A DNA stretch of 24,000 nt from Alkalibacterium putridalgicola (GCF_900109825.1 NZ_FOBL01000009.1:60843-84842); one strand, 5' to 3'. Numbered from the stretch's first letter, positions 1 to 8,541 are shown. Notes: generated from the letters alone by a model not told the origin. Program-made: numbers and translations.

Positions 1-619
1 GACCGTATGAATCTCCTTCAACAAACACCTCGACCACAAACTCGCGCTGGTGATCAGGTCCGCGTTTATCAACGACCTTATACTGGATCGTCACGACGCC
101 GTTCTGCTGAAGCAGTTCCTGTAGAGCAGTTTTGTGATCCATCCCATGAGAGAAAGCACCGGAATCGATTTTCGGGAACAAGATCTGTTTCAACACCTCA
201 AGCACAACGTCCATTCCCTGGTCAACAAAGACCGACCCGATAAAGGCTTCGAACACATCACACAAAAGTGACGGACGGTTCCTCCCGTTCATCTGTTCTT
301 CCCCTTTGCCTAAGCGGACAAATTCATGCAGCTGATACTCTTTGGCCAATTTGGCTAAGCTTTCTGCACGGACGATCGACGCACGTTTGCGTGTCAGCTG
401 TCCTTCAGGCTGTGTCGGATATTTGTGGTAAAGGTAATCGGAGACGGTGAGTTCTAAAACGGCATCGCCGAGAAACTCCAGTCGTTCCAGATTCTTGATA
501 TTCTGTTCACGATGATCATTCGCATAGGATGAATGGGTAAACGCTTCGACTAAGACAGACTCGTCATCGAACGTCACACCAAACGTTTTTTCAACATGGT
601 TCACTAACTTTTTCGTCAT
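1..619 (-). CDS. rnc: Ribonuclease III, N-terminal ~206 codons (C-terminus runs off the left window edge)
   Basis: Absent from the ORF track because it is open at the edge. Reverse-complement translation from ATG (complement of 617-619) reads MTKKLVNHVEKTFGVTFDDESVLVEAFTHSSYANDH..NLERLEFLGDAVLELTVSDYLY..RLGKGEE..RPSLLCDVFEAFIGSVF..GAFSHGMDHKTALQELLQ..YKVVDKRGPDHQREFVVEV. It carries the RNase III signature ERLEFLGDAVL, catalytic-domain motifs and the start of the dsRNA-binding domain. A GGAGG-type RBS (gggagggaag) lies upstream. Confidence 0.92.
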   Translation of the reverse strand, partial: MTKKLVNHVEKTFGVTFDDESVLVEAFTHSSYANDHREQNIKNLERLEFLGDAVLELTVSDYLYHKYPTQPEGQLTRKRASIVRAESLAKLAKEYQLHEFVRLGKGEEQMNGRNRPSLLCDVFEAFIGSVFVDQGMDVVLEVLKQILFPKIDSGAFSHGMDHKTALQELLQQNGVVTIQYKVVDKRGPDHQREFVVEVFVEGDSYG

Positions 620-975
620 ATAACTTCCCTCCCTTACAAAAAAATTCTATACCCTGTTAATTATACTTGATTTCATGGGAAAAATAAACAAGGGACTGCA
701 AGGAAAGCCGGTTCTGTTCGGTTTTTTGCGATGTTTTCGGCTTTTTTCGGTCGCGTATCCTGAAATGAACGATCAGCTGGCTGTTTATGCGTCCGATTTC
801 GCTTTTATTATGCCTGCTGGCGCCCCTCTGTTCGCTTCGATAAGGACCAGACTGATCATTTCATAATGGTCATATGCGCTAGCCAGCGCGTATGGTCTTC
901 TATATAAAATCGAAATCACTAAAATTGTCTATTCAAAGACAAGCCGGGTGTCTGTTATCTCTTTTTTGGAAGCGT

Positions 976-981
976 TATAAT
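976..981 (+). promoter_or_regulatory. Candidate -10 box (TATAAT) for the beta-helix gene
   Basis: A perfect TATAAT lies ~30 nt upstream of the TTG start at 1010. The -35 (TGTTAT at 17 nt spacing) is poor. Confidence 0.35.
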
Positions 982-1009
982 AGGAGTTAAAGATAAGGAG
1001 GAATTTAAT

Positions 1010-2932
1010 TTGGTAACTGAATATCACGTAGCAAAAAATGGTTCAGATCAAGCTGAAGGCACGAAACAGGCGCCTTTCTTGACCATCAATAAAGCGGCAG
1101 CTGTCGCCATGGCCGGCGATACGGTCATCGTTCATGAAGGGGTCTATAGAGAACTCGTCGACCCACAGAATCCCGGCTTGAGCAACTGGAGACGCATCAC
1201 GTATAAAGCGGCTGACGGAGAAAAAGTTGTGATCAAAGGTTCTGAACAGATCGATTCCTGGGAAAAAGTAGAAGGATCCGTCTGGCAGGTCGTTATTCCA
1301 AACGCCTTCTTCGGCAACTACAACCCGTATAAAGAAGAAATCTACGGCGACTGGGTCGTTTATAACCCAAACCGTCACCTGGGTGAAGTCTACGTCAACG
1401 GCAAGTCCTTCTATGAAGCGGAATCCCTGGACGAAGTGAAAAAACCTGAAGTCAAAACAGAAGCCACAGAATTCTGGCAAGGCATAACGATCCCGGCTCA
1501 TGATCCGGAAGGACAGAAATACGTCTGGCACGCTGAAGTTGATGACATGAACACCACGATCTATACCAACTTCCAGGACTTTGATCCGAATGAAGAACTG
1601 ACAGAGATCAACGTACGTAAAGCCTGCTTCTTCCCTGAAAAAACCGGGATGGACTATATCACTGTTCAAGGGTTTGAGATGGCTCAAGCCGCAACACCTT
1701 GGACGCCCCCTACTGCTGACCAGCCCGGACTTATCGGACCGCACTGGAGTAAAGGCTGGATCATCGAGAACAACGATATCCACGATGCCAAGTGTTCCGG
1801 TATCAGTATGGGTAAAGAAGCATCGACCGGCGACAACTTCTCAAGCAAGCGCCGAGACAAGCCTGGCTATCACTATCAGATCGAATCGGTCTTTTCTGCC
1901 AAGAAAGTGGGCTGGAGCAAGGAAAAAATCGGTTCGCACATCATCCGTAACAATAAGATCCATGACTGTGGCCAGAACGGTGTGGTCGGCCACTTGGGCT
2001 GTATTTTCAGTGAAGTGTCGGGCAACCACATCTACAATATCGCCGTCAAGCGTCAGTTCTACGGACACGAGATCGCCGGGATCAAACTGCACGCGGCCAT
2101 CGATACACAGATAGAAGATAACCGTATCCACGACTGTACCTTGGGCATCTGGCTCGACTGGCAGCTGCAAGGGACTCGTGTGACACGTAACCTGTTCTAC
2201 CGCAACAGCCGTGACTTGTTCGTCGAAGTCAGCAGCGGGCCGTTCATCGTCGACCATAACATTTTGACAGCGGACTACGCGATCGACAACCATGCCCAGG
2301 GCGGTGCTTTCGTCAACAATATCGTCCGCGGCCATATGGAACACCGCAAGATGCTCGACCGGTCGACGCCTTACCACGTGGCGCACAGCACAGACATCAA
2401 AGGCTTCTCCCCTGTTTACGGCGGAGACGACCGCTGGTACAACAACATCTTCATCGGCGACGAAGGTATCGAAGGTGTCGGCACCGATCACTACAAGGGC
2501 TACACGACGTCGCTTGAAGAATACATCGGCAGCGTGCATAACGACAAAGGCAGTGACCACGGCGCCTACAACGTTGTCGAACAGCCTGTTTACATCAATC
2601 AGAATGCTTACCTGAACGGGGCAAATCCTTTTGACCGTGAAGAAGACAATCTGGTCACGGCTCACGATCCAGAGATCAAGATCGTTGAAGACGGCGACGA
2701 AGTATATCTCGAGCTGAACATGTCTGAAGATTTTGAAGACCTATTAGGCGACGTTCACTCCACACACACTTTGGAGCGCGTCAGACTCACCGACGTCGAT
2801 TTTGAAAACCCAGACGGCAGCGAAGTCGTTTTGAACGCCGATTTGCTCGGTAACATTAAAGAAGGTCGTTCTGTACTCGGCCCCTTAAAAGAACTGAAGA
2901 GCGGCAAGAACCGCATCAAAGTCTGGGACTGA
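1010..2932 (+). CDS. Right-handed parallel beta-helix (pectin-lyase fold, DUF1565-type N-terminus) protein with no signal peptide; putative cytoplasmic glycan-active enzyme
   Basis: 640-aa ORF with a TTG start preceded by AAGGAGGA. The N-terminus (Y.V..NGSD...GT...PF.TI..A...A.AGDTV.V..GVY.E) is typical of DUF1565/beta-helix proteins. PbH1-like turns recur (NNDIHDAKCSGI, NNKIHDCGQNGV, GNHIYNI, DNRIHDCTLGIW, RNLFYRNS, HNIL). Substrate is unknown. Confidence 0.8.
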   Translation: MVTEYHVAKNGSDQAEGTKQAPFLTINKAAAVAMAGDTVIVHEGVYRELVDPQNPGLSNWRRITYKAADGEKVVIKGSEQIDSWEKVEGSVWQVVIPNAFFGNYNPYKEEIYGDWVVYNPNRHLGEVYVNGKSFYEAESLDEVKKPEVKTEATEFWQGITIPAHDPEGQKYVWHAEVDDMNTTIYTNFQDFDPNEELTEINVRKACFFPEKTGMDYITVQGFEMAQAATPWTPPTADQPGLIGPHWSKGWIIENNDIHDAKCSGISMGKEASTGDNFSSKRRDKPGYHYQIESVFSAKKVGWSKEKIGSHIIRNNKIHDCGQNGVVGHLGCIFSEVSGNHIYNIAVKRQFYGHEIAGIKLHAAIDTQIEDNRIHDCTLGIWLDWQLQGTRVTRNLFYRNSRDLFVEVSSGPFIVDHNILTADYAIDNHAQGGAFVNNIVRGHMEHRKMLDRSTPYHVAHSTDIKGFSPVYGGDDRWYNNIFIGDEGIEGVGTDHYKGYTTSLEEYIGSVHNDKGSDHGAYNVVEQPVYINQNAYLNGANPFDREEDNLVTAHDPEIKIVEDGDEVYLELNMSEDFEDLLGDVHSTHTLERVRLTDVDFENPDGSEVVLNADLLGNIKEGRSVLGPLKELKSGKNRIKVWD

Positions 2933-2946
2933 CCCTAGTGATGAAT

Positions 2947-2996
2947 AAAAAAAGTGTAAGGCGACTGTATAAATCAGTTGCCTTACACTTTTTTCT
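2947..2996. terminator. Rho-independent terminator between convergent genes
   Basis: Stem 2953-2967 (agtgtaaggcgactg) pairs with 2975-2989 (cagttgccttacact): 15 bp with one position that is G-U on the + strand, and a 7-nt loop. An A-run precedes it and T-run 2990-2994 follows. The fold is better on the + strand but usable on both. Confidence 0.8.
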
Positions 2997-3415
2997 CATT
3001 CTTTTGCCTCTTCGATCGCTTTCTCTAAGTCACTTTGATAACCGTGAACCGTTTCAGGCAGATCACTGCGCCGTTTGGAAATGGAATACGACTCATCCTT
3101 ATTGACATAAAAGATGACTGTTCCTTCGTTTCCCCGTATATCCGACCATTCCAGTGTTCCCCTCGTACCTATAACAGCAACCTCCTCGATGACAAGTTCG
3201 TTGTCATTAATCTCTTCTAGCGGATCATTGGGTTTCCTTTTGTGGGATGCGATCCAACGGTCTTCTACAGCAGACCGTTCTTCTTCGCGTGCATCGAGCC
3301 GGTCATTTGAAATGTCCAAACGCGCTGACATGAATGAGACGACCGCAAAGCCGATCAGGACCAGTGCCGAAAGAGACACCGCACCGACTCCGATATACAT
3401 ATAGAACTTCTTCAT
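2996..3415 (-). CDS. Hypothetical membrane-anchored protein (N-terminal TM helix plus ~100-aa soluble domain), paralog of the upstream gene
   Basis: 139-aa ORF starting MKKFYMYIGVGAVSLSALVLIGFAVVSF (signal-anchor). Its start overlaps the upstream stop (ATGA). The C-terminal block GTVIFYVNKDESYS resembles GKVLYIRNGTSFQF of the neighbour. Confidence 0.6.
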   Translation of the reverse strand: MKKFYMYIGVGAVSLSALVLIGFAVVSFMSARLDISNDRLDAREEERSAVEDRWIASHKRKPNDPLEEINDNELVIEEVAVIGTRGTLEWSDIRGNEGTVIFYVNKDESYSISKRRSDLPETVHGYQSDLEKAIEEAKE

Positions 3416-3786
3416 TCCTTCACTACCTCTTTACTCATTGTTTCTGAAATTTCATTCATCACATGATGATACTCATGGATATCATCGCCTGAACGGCCGA
3501 AAAACTGAAAGGATGTCCCGTTTCTGATGTAGAGAACTTTCCCCTTTTCGCCGCTTTCAGTATCTGGCCATACAACGACACCGCGTTCATTGTCCAGAAC
3601 ATTATAGGCATCGATATACTCTGACTGCTCTTCTACCGGCTCAACTGACGCTTCTTCTTCCGCCTGTTTCGGCTCATTCATCAGCAAACTGATCACTACG
3701 CCAAGCATGAATAAGGCGATCGCCGCTAAAATGAATGAAAAGAGGAGCGCTGCCGACTTGCCTGCATAAGTAAAAAACTTCTTCAT
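3412..3786 (-). CDS. Hypothetical membrane-anchored protein, paralog of 2996..3415
   Basis: 124-aa ORF starting MKKFFTYAGKSAALLFSFILAAIALFMLGVVISLL. A GGGGAGG RBS lies 4 nt upstream of the ATG. Its architecture matches the downstream gene. Confidence 0.6.
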   Translation of the reverse strand: MKKFFTYAGKSAALLFSFILAAIALFMLGVVISLLMNEPKQAEEEASVEPVEEQSEYIDAYNVLDNERGVVVWPDTESGEKGKVLYIRNGTSFQFFGRSGDDIHEYHHVMNEISETMSKEVVKE

Positions 3787-3852
3787 ACGTCCTCCCCTTC
3801 CCGACCGCTCACAGTCGCCAGACTTCCAACTGCTTTTTATGTATATACATAG

Positions 3853-3881
3853 ATGATAAGAGACCTATGAATAAAAGTCAA
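3853..3881 (-). promoter_or_regulatory. Sigma-A type promoter for the tandem membrane-protein pair
   Basis: On the minus strand: TTGACT (complement of 3876-3881), 17 nt spacer, TATCAT (complement of 3853-3858). It lies ~70 nt upstream of the ATG at 3786. The 14-bp palindrome AAAACACGTGTTTT (3883-3896) abuts the -35. Confidence 0.6.
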
Positions 3882-4016
3882 GAAAACACGTGTTTTTATA
3901 TAGTGGGTTGGTCCTGCAGGTGTTCTTTGTTAACATGAAAATGAATCTGCAACACGGAAGGTGATTCGTATCATTGAACAGATTGTTGGTGTAATATTGA
4001 TTCTACCCATTTTTTT

Positions 4017-4226
4017 TTGCTGCTCGGGATGTTGATACAAACAATATATACTCTTATAGTCATTCTAGTATATGCACTGAGATTTGCAGTTGAGACACTT
4101 TACTATCTCTTCATTTGGTTCATCTATCTTATCCATTTCATCTTAGACATTATCGGAGTCGCACTAGATATTATTCATGATCAATTACAAAAACTTCTCA
4201 GCAAATTGAATGATGAGGAAACATAA
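4017..4226 (+). CDS. Possible small hydrophobic protein (65-69 aa); start uncertain (TTG 4017 or ATG 4029)
   Basis: The ORF encodes a very hydrophobic peptide (IQTIYTLIVILVYALRF..LFIWFIYLIHFILDIIGVAL) with an acidic tail. No convincing RBS was found. A + strand-biased terminator follows at 4249-4297, which argues the region is transcribed. Confidence 0.35.
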   Translation: MLLGMLIQTIYTLIVILVYALRFAVETLYYLFIWFIYLIHFILDIIGVALDIIHDQLQKLLSKLNDEET

Positions 4227-4248
4227 AATCGGGCAGAAGAAACTTATA

Positions 4249-4297
4249 GAACAGGGTTGCGTCACTGTGATAAGTAACGCAGCCCTGTTCTTATTTT
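4249..4297 (+). terminator. Rho-independent terminator
   Basis: Stem 4249-4262 (gaacagggttgcgt) pairs with 4277-4290 (acgcagccctgttc). It is 14 bp, with one pair that is G-U only in the + strand RNA. It is followed by ttatttt. Confidence 0.65.
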
Positions 4298-4610
4298 AAG
4301 ATCGCTTTTGTCTTCTTTTTTCAGCAGTGAAAAAAACTTTCTCGTCTTCCCTTTTTCCGATCGACACGAGTTCAATGATTTCTACTTTACCGTCTTTAGT
4401 CGGTTTAAAGATAAGCCGAATACCCAGTTTATTGTTTTTGAGTTCCTTAAATCCTGCTAATTTGGCATAATATGTGTTACCCAGGTCTTTACCGATTTCT
4501 GAGCCTCTAAGACTAAGACGATCTACAGCTATATCTACCCATTGTTTTAAAGAACCGTCCAACTTTTTGTATTCTTTTTTCGCTTCTCTCCAAAAATAGA
4601 CGTCCGCCAT
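4296..4610 (-). CDS. Type II toxin, RelE/ParE superfamily
   Basis: 104 aa. The pattern ..A.KEYKKLD......V..A...L......G..L......L.G..ELK....GIRLIF.......VEIIELVSIGKRED..VF is typical of RelE/ParE-fold toxins. The ATGA start/stop overlap with the upstream antitoxin gene is the classic TA arrangement. Confidence 0.8.
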   Translation of the reverse strand: MADVYFWREAKKEYKKLDGSLKQWVDIAVDRLSLRGSEIGKDLGNTYYAKLAGFKELKNNKLGIRLIFKPTKDGKVEIIELVSIGKREDEKVFFTAEKRRQKRS

Positions 4611-4930
4611 CAGTCGAAGAGAACCTCATCTGTCATAGCACCAAAAGGATTTCTGTCTTTTTTCGATTCCAGGACTTCCCTAGCAGGAATCAGTTTCCCG
4701 GGCCCCTCATTGACACGGGCGTTCAACTGAGCATAGAAAAGACGATTTTCTAACTCTTCATTTTTTTTAACTAGATCTTCATAGACATTTACACTGATGA
4801 TGACTGCCTCGGGTTTGTTATGATTGAATACAAAAGTAGGCTCTCCTGTTTCATTTGCTTCACTGACGATTTTTGAGAATTCTCTTTTCACTTCTGTTAC
4901 TGATCTTGTCTTCACATCAAGTGTTTTCAT
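4610..4930 (-). CDS. Type II antitoxin, Phd/YefM family
   Basis: Start moved from the track's 4978 to ATG at complement 4928-4930, which is preceded by AAAGAGGTG. The N-terminus MKTLDVKTRSVTEVKREFSKIVSEANETGEPTFVFNHNKPEAVIISVNVYEDL matches the Phd/YefM fold pattern. It is translationally coupled to the toxin. Confidence 0.8.
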   Translation of the reverse strand: MKTLDVKTRSVTEVKREFSKIVSEANETGEPTFVFNHNKPEAVIISVNVYEDLVKKNEELENRLFYAQLNARVNEGPGKLIPAREVLESKKDRNPFGAMTDEVLFD

Positions 4931-4966
4931 TTTCTGCACCTCTTTCTCGTATATCTTCTTGCAACT

Positions 4967-4995
4967 ATTATACTTCATTAAAACACTTAATTCAA
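4967..4995 (-). promoter_or_regulatory. Sigma-A promoter of the TA operon
   Basis: On the minus strand: TTGAAT (complement of 4990-4995), 17 nt spacer, TATAAT (complement of 4967-4972). It lies ~37 nt upstream of the antitoxin ATG. Confidence 0.7.
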
Positions 4996-5066
4996 ATCAT
5001 AAAAAAGAACTTATTTAAGTGCCTTTTTAAAAGCTCAGTCAAATATCTCATTTCTTGTTTTTAAAT

Positions 5067-5095
5067 AAAAAAAGACCAGGCTGCTGCACCTGGTC
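5067..5095 (-). terminator. Rho-independent terminator of the licR-type regulator gene
   Basis: On the minus strand, gaccagg-tgcagcag-cctggtc (5074-5095) is followed by a 7-T run (A-run 5067-5073 on the + strand). It lies 14 nt after the stop at 5109. Confidence 0.8.
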
Positions 5096-5108
5096 TCGAT
5101 CAGTTCTA

Positions 5109-7055
5109 TTACTGTTCCATACGCAAAATGGTCTGTATAAACGCATGATACGTCTTGCTTTTGATCAGTTTCTGGATCAGCTGTTCATCATTGACGATGC
5201 GGCTCAAAATCCTGTACATCTCCTGCAGGTCTTCCTGACTGTTCTTCTCTACATTTAAGAGGCAGACGAACTGCACTTTTCGGTCGGCCCACTCGATGGG
5301 TTTTTCTAAAGTACAGACGGTCAAAAACGTCTTGGAGGTCTGCGGTGAGATCGGATGAGGAACCGCGATCATGTTGCCGTAAGCGGTCGGCGCAATTTTT
5401 TCCCGTTCATAGATCAGCTGGGTGTAATCTTCCGCAAGATCGTCGACTGATTTGGCGTAGTCGGCCAGGAATTCAATAACGTCTTTTTTTGAAGTGAGTT
5501 TCTGATTCAAGAAGACATTGGCTTCCGGGAAATAGTCGGTGATGCTCTTTTCTTCAAAGGACACATACTGCTCGATCCGCGCTAAATCTTTCTGACCCAG
5601 TATCGCGTTCACTTCGATCACCGGGATCGGCAGGTCTTCTTTGACCGGGACCGAACTGATGATGAAGTCCGTTTCTTCAAAAGGGATATCTTTGATCTTG
5701 TAATACTCTGTCGTGCCCAGAACGTGGATCTGCGAACGGAAAGCGGCTTCGATGCGGTACTTGATCAGCTGGGCACTGCCGACGCCTGACGCACAGACGA
5801 TATAGCACTGCTTCGGCCGGTTCGCTGCTTTCTTGCGTTCGATCGCGGCCCCGATGTGTAAAGCCAGATAGGCCACCTCGTTCTCGTCGATCGATACGTT
5901 AAGCTGCTCGTTTAGGGCCATGGCGGCAATGATCCCTGCTTCAAAGGCCAGCGGATAATTATTCTTGATATCCTCCAGCATCGGATTCCGGATCGTCATG
6001 CCGAATGTGTAGCGATTGATGGCCGGCTTGAGATGCAGCCCCAGTCCGATGATCAGTTCCCTGTCATTCTGGATACCTAAAGAGAAGCGCTCTTCGACGG
6101 CATTCAGCATTTTTAAAGTGAGTGCATGAATGCCTTCGTCCATCACGGTTTCGATCTCCTGATTGATCGACCGGTCTTCACTGACCAGCTTGGTTCCTAA
6201 GAGATGAATGGCAATGTAAATTACTTCGATCTTCGGAAACGACACATCCAGTGCTTTCTCCACTTGTTTCACGATATTGTGAGCCACGGTATACTCTTTC
6301 TTCGTCTTGATGCTCTCGATATCCTGGTCGATCAAGGCGATATGATGCCCTTCTGTGATCCGTTTGTAAGCGATGATAATATGAACGAACAGATTATTAA
6401 TGGCAATGTCTGATAAGGTCACTTGATTGATGCGGAGCTGTTCCAGAAGGAGTTCCCAGACATTGTCCAATTCTTCCTGACTAAGGTCGGCGACTGTCGT
6501 CAGCTGATCCAGCCACATGAGATCTGGGGTAAGTCGTTCGCGGTCAAAGAGATATTCCGACATGGCGAAGCGGCGGTTCAGTTCGCTCCCTGAAAGCTTA
6601 AGTCCATAACCGGGCCGGCTGACTAAGGCCAGTGAGTACGTGTTCAGACGCTGTTTCACTTCTTTCAGATCGACTTGAAGTGTGGATTTGCTGACATGGA
6701 TCTCGTCGGCCAGATCATCGAGCTTGATAGAATCTTCAGAAAGCAGAAAACGCCGGATGACATAAGCCAGACGGTTGTCTGGTGTCGTCGGGACCGTCGC
6801 CTGCTGCTCTGCGTCCTGAGTCAGGTTATTGAGATAAGCGCGAAACAGTTTCGGTTCATCGATGCTCAGTTCATACCCGACGCCTCTTTTAGAAATGATC
6901 GCGGCACCATAGTCATTCAGCTCGTCATTGATCACTTTGATATCGTCTCTGATCGTCCGGGAACTGACATCCAGCCGGTTCGCCAGCTGTTTTCCAGTCA
7001 ACGGGTGGTTGGATCCCATCAGTTCTCTCAATATGGCTTCTATTCGATCGTCCAT
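5109..7055 (-). CDS. licR: PRD-domain transcriptional activator of the LicR/CelR (BglG-family, PTS-regulated) type
   Basis: 648 aa. It has N-terminal HTH regions (GKQLANRLDVSSRTIRDDIKVIN and a second Mga-like HTH), two PRD-like blocks with conserved His (FVHIIIAYKRI, LALHIGAAIER), an EIIB-like Cys block (CYIVCASGVGSAQL) and a C-terminal EIIA(Mtl/Fru)-like block (GNMIAVPHP). It sits at the end of the cellobiose-type PTS operon. The symbol is by analogy to B. subtilis licR. Confidence 0.88.
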   Translation of the reverse strand: MDDRIEAILRELMGSNHPLTGKQLANRLDVSSRTIRDDIKVINDELNDYGAAIISKRGVGYELSIDEPKLFRAYLNNLTQDAEQQATVPTTPDNRLAYVIRRFLLSEDSIKLDDLADEIHVSKSTLQVDLKEVKQRLNTYSLALVSRPGYGLKLSGSELNRRFAMSEYLFDRERLTPDLMWLDQLTTVADLSQEELDNVWELLLEQLRINQVTLSDIAINNLFVHIIIAYKRITEGHHIALIDQDIESIKTKKEYTVAHNIVKQVEKALDVSFPKIEVIYIAIHLLGTKLVSEDRSINQEIETVMDEGIHALTLKMLNAVEERFSLGIQNDRELIIGLGLHLKPAINRYTFGMTIRNPMLEDIKNNYPLAFEAGIIAAMALNEQLNVSIDENEVAYLALHIGAAIERKKAANRPKQCYIVCASGVGSAQLIKYRIEAAFRSQIHVLGTTEYYKIKDIPFEETDFIISSVPVKEDLPIPVIEVNAILGQKDLARIEQYVSFEEKSITDYFPEANVFLNQKLTSKKDVIEFLADYAKSVDDLAEDYTQLIYEREKIAPTAYGNMIAVPHPISPQTSKTFLTVCTLEKPIEWADRKVQFVCLLNVEKNSQEDLQEMYRILSRIVNDEQLIQKLIKSKTYHAFIQTILRMEQ

Positions 7056-7095
7056 CGTATCCTCCTTCCTCTAAAACCTAGCTGTTTTTCATGCA

Positions 7096-7125
7096 CAAAA
7101 GCGCAGCAATCGTTATCGCTACGCT
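7096..7125 (-). terminator. Weak or partial terminator between the GH1 gene and the regulator gene
   Basis: On the minus strand, agcguagc-gauaacgauu-gcugcgcu forms an 8-bp stem with one G-U, followed by UUUUG. Confidence 0.4.
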
Positions 7126-7155
7126 AAAGCACTTTTCTCTCATCTATCTTAAACG

Positions 7156-8541
7156 TTAATCGTTGAATCCGTTCTGTTTTGAAACTTCAGCGATCCACTC
7201 GGCACTTTTCTTGGCCGTCCGTTCGCCGGTCTCCAGGTCCACGGAGAAGAAACCGTATCGGTTCTTATAGGCATTCATCCATGACCAGTTATCCATAAAG
7301 GTCCATAAGTGGTAGCCTTTCACGTTACAGCCTTCTTCCGCTGCTTTATGGAGCCATTTCAGATGCTCTTTGATAAAGTCGATGCGGTAATCATCTTCGA
7401 TACGTCCATCTTTAATAAAGCGTTCTTCGTTCTGCACGCCCATGCCGTTCTCGGAGATAAAGGAGTCGATGTTGCCGTAATTTTCTTTCAAGTTGATCAT
7501 GATATCGTAGATGCCTTTTTCATAGATCTCCCAGCCGCGGTACACATTCATCTTGCGGCCCGGCATCTCATAGTTGTCGAAGAACCAGTCCGGCATGAAG
7601 GGTGCATACGGATTCGGCAGATGCTCTTTCGCTTTCACACGTCTCGGCTGATAATAGTTTACCCCTAGTATATCAATGATATTGTTTTTAAGTAAATCCT
7701 TATCGTCAACTTTTGTTTCAGGCAGCTGTCCATGCTCTTCTAAAAGCTCGATCAGATCGTCCGGATACTCGCCTAAAACTGCCGGGTCCAGGAAACTGCG
7801 GTTGAAGAACAGATCACAGATATGTGCGGCCTTGAGATCGGCCGGGTTCTGACTGCGCGGATAAGACGGGGTCAGGTTCAATACGATACCGATCTTGCCG
7901 TCCTGTGCCTCATGATAGAGTTTCACTGCACGGGCATGAGCGATCATCGTATTATAAGCGACTTGAATGGCGCGTCTGGCGTCCACCACATTAGGATAAT
8001 GGAAGTCGTACAGATAACCCCCTTCTACAGGCACGATCGGTTCATTGAAGGTGAACCAGGTCTTGACCCGGTCGCCGAACAGATCAAACGCTATTTTTGC
8101 ATAATCAGCATACGCCTCGATGACCTCTCTGTTTTCCCAGCCGCCGATGTCCTGAAGTTCGATCGGCATGTCAAAGTGGTACAAGTTGACGAAGGGTTCG
8201 ATGCCCTGATTCAACAGCTCGTCGATCACCTCGTTATAGAAACGGACGGCGTCATCGTTCACGTCACCTTTGCCTCCGGGGATCAGCCGTGCCCAGGAGA
8301 TCGACAGGCGGAAACTGTTATGGCCGATCGCTTTCATGTTTGTGATGTCTTCTTTATAGCGGTGATAAAAGTCAGACGTCTGGTCTGGACCGACACCTTC
8401 AAAGAAACGGTTCGGTGCTTCCTTGTACCATCGATCCCAGATCGTTGCGCCGGAGATACCGTTCGTGCTGCCTTCTGTCTGTGTGGCGGAAGCGGCACTG
8501 CCCCACCAGAAGTCTTTCGGGAATTGGTAATCTAAAGTCAT
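7156..8541 (-). CDS. 6-phospho-beta-glucosidase, glycoside hydrolase family 1
   Basis: 461 aa. GH1 hallmarks are present: FPKDFWWGSAASATQTEG, acid/base TFNEP (WFTFNEPIV) and nucleophile ISENG (FISENGMG). The gene is embedded in the PTS operon. A GGAGG RBS is present. Confidence 0.93.
   Translation of the reverse strand: MTLDYQFPKDFWWGSAASATQTEGSTNGISGATIWDRWYKEAPNRFFEGVGPDQTSDFYHRYKEDITNMKAIGHNSFRLSISWARLIPGGKGDVNDDAVRFYNEVIDELLNQGIEPFVNLYHFDMPIELQDIGGWENREVIEAYADYAKIAFDLFGDRVKTWFTFNEPIVPVEGGYLYDFHYPNVVDARRAIQVAYNTMIAHARAVKLYHEAQDGKIGIVLNLTPSYPRSQNPADLKAAHICDLFFNRSFLDPAVLGEYPDDLIELLEEHGQLPETKVDDKDLLKNNIIDILGVNYYQPRRVKAKEHLPNPYAPFMPDWFFDNYEMPGRKMNVYRGWEIYEKGIYDIMINLKENYGNIDSFISENGMGVQNEERFIKDGRIEDDYRIDFIKEHLKWLHKAAEEGCNVKGYHLWTFMDNWSWMNAYKNRYGFFSVDLETGERTAKKSAEWIAEVSKQNGFND

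Noticed and set aside
7-450. ORFs 7..243 + and 268..450 +
   Set aside because: They are antisense to the clearly recognisable rnc coding sequence. Their translations are Arg/Ser/Pro-rich nonsense.
1043-2665. Long nested/antisense ORFs inside the beta-helix gene (1043..1783 -, 1841..2665 -, 1674..2114 +, 2292..2615 +)
   Set aside because: They lie fully inside a much longer ORF that has an RBS and recognisable repeats. Their translations are low-complexity (Arg/Val/Asp-rich), have no RBS and match no family. They are typical stop-poor shadow frames.
5055-7127. + strand ORFs 5055..5258, 6204..6413 and 6675..7127
   Set aside because: They are antisense to the well-supported LicR-type regulator gene, with no independent signals.
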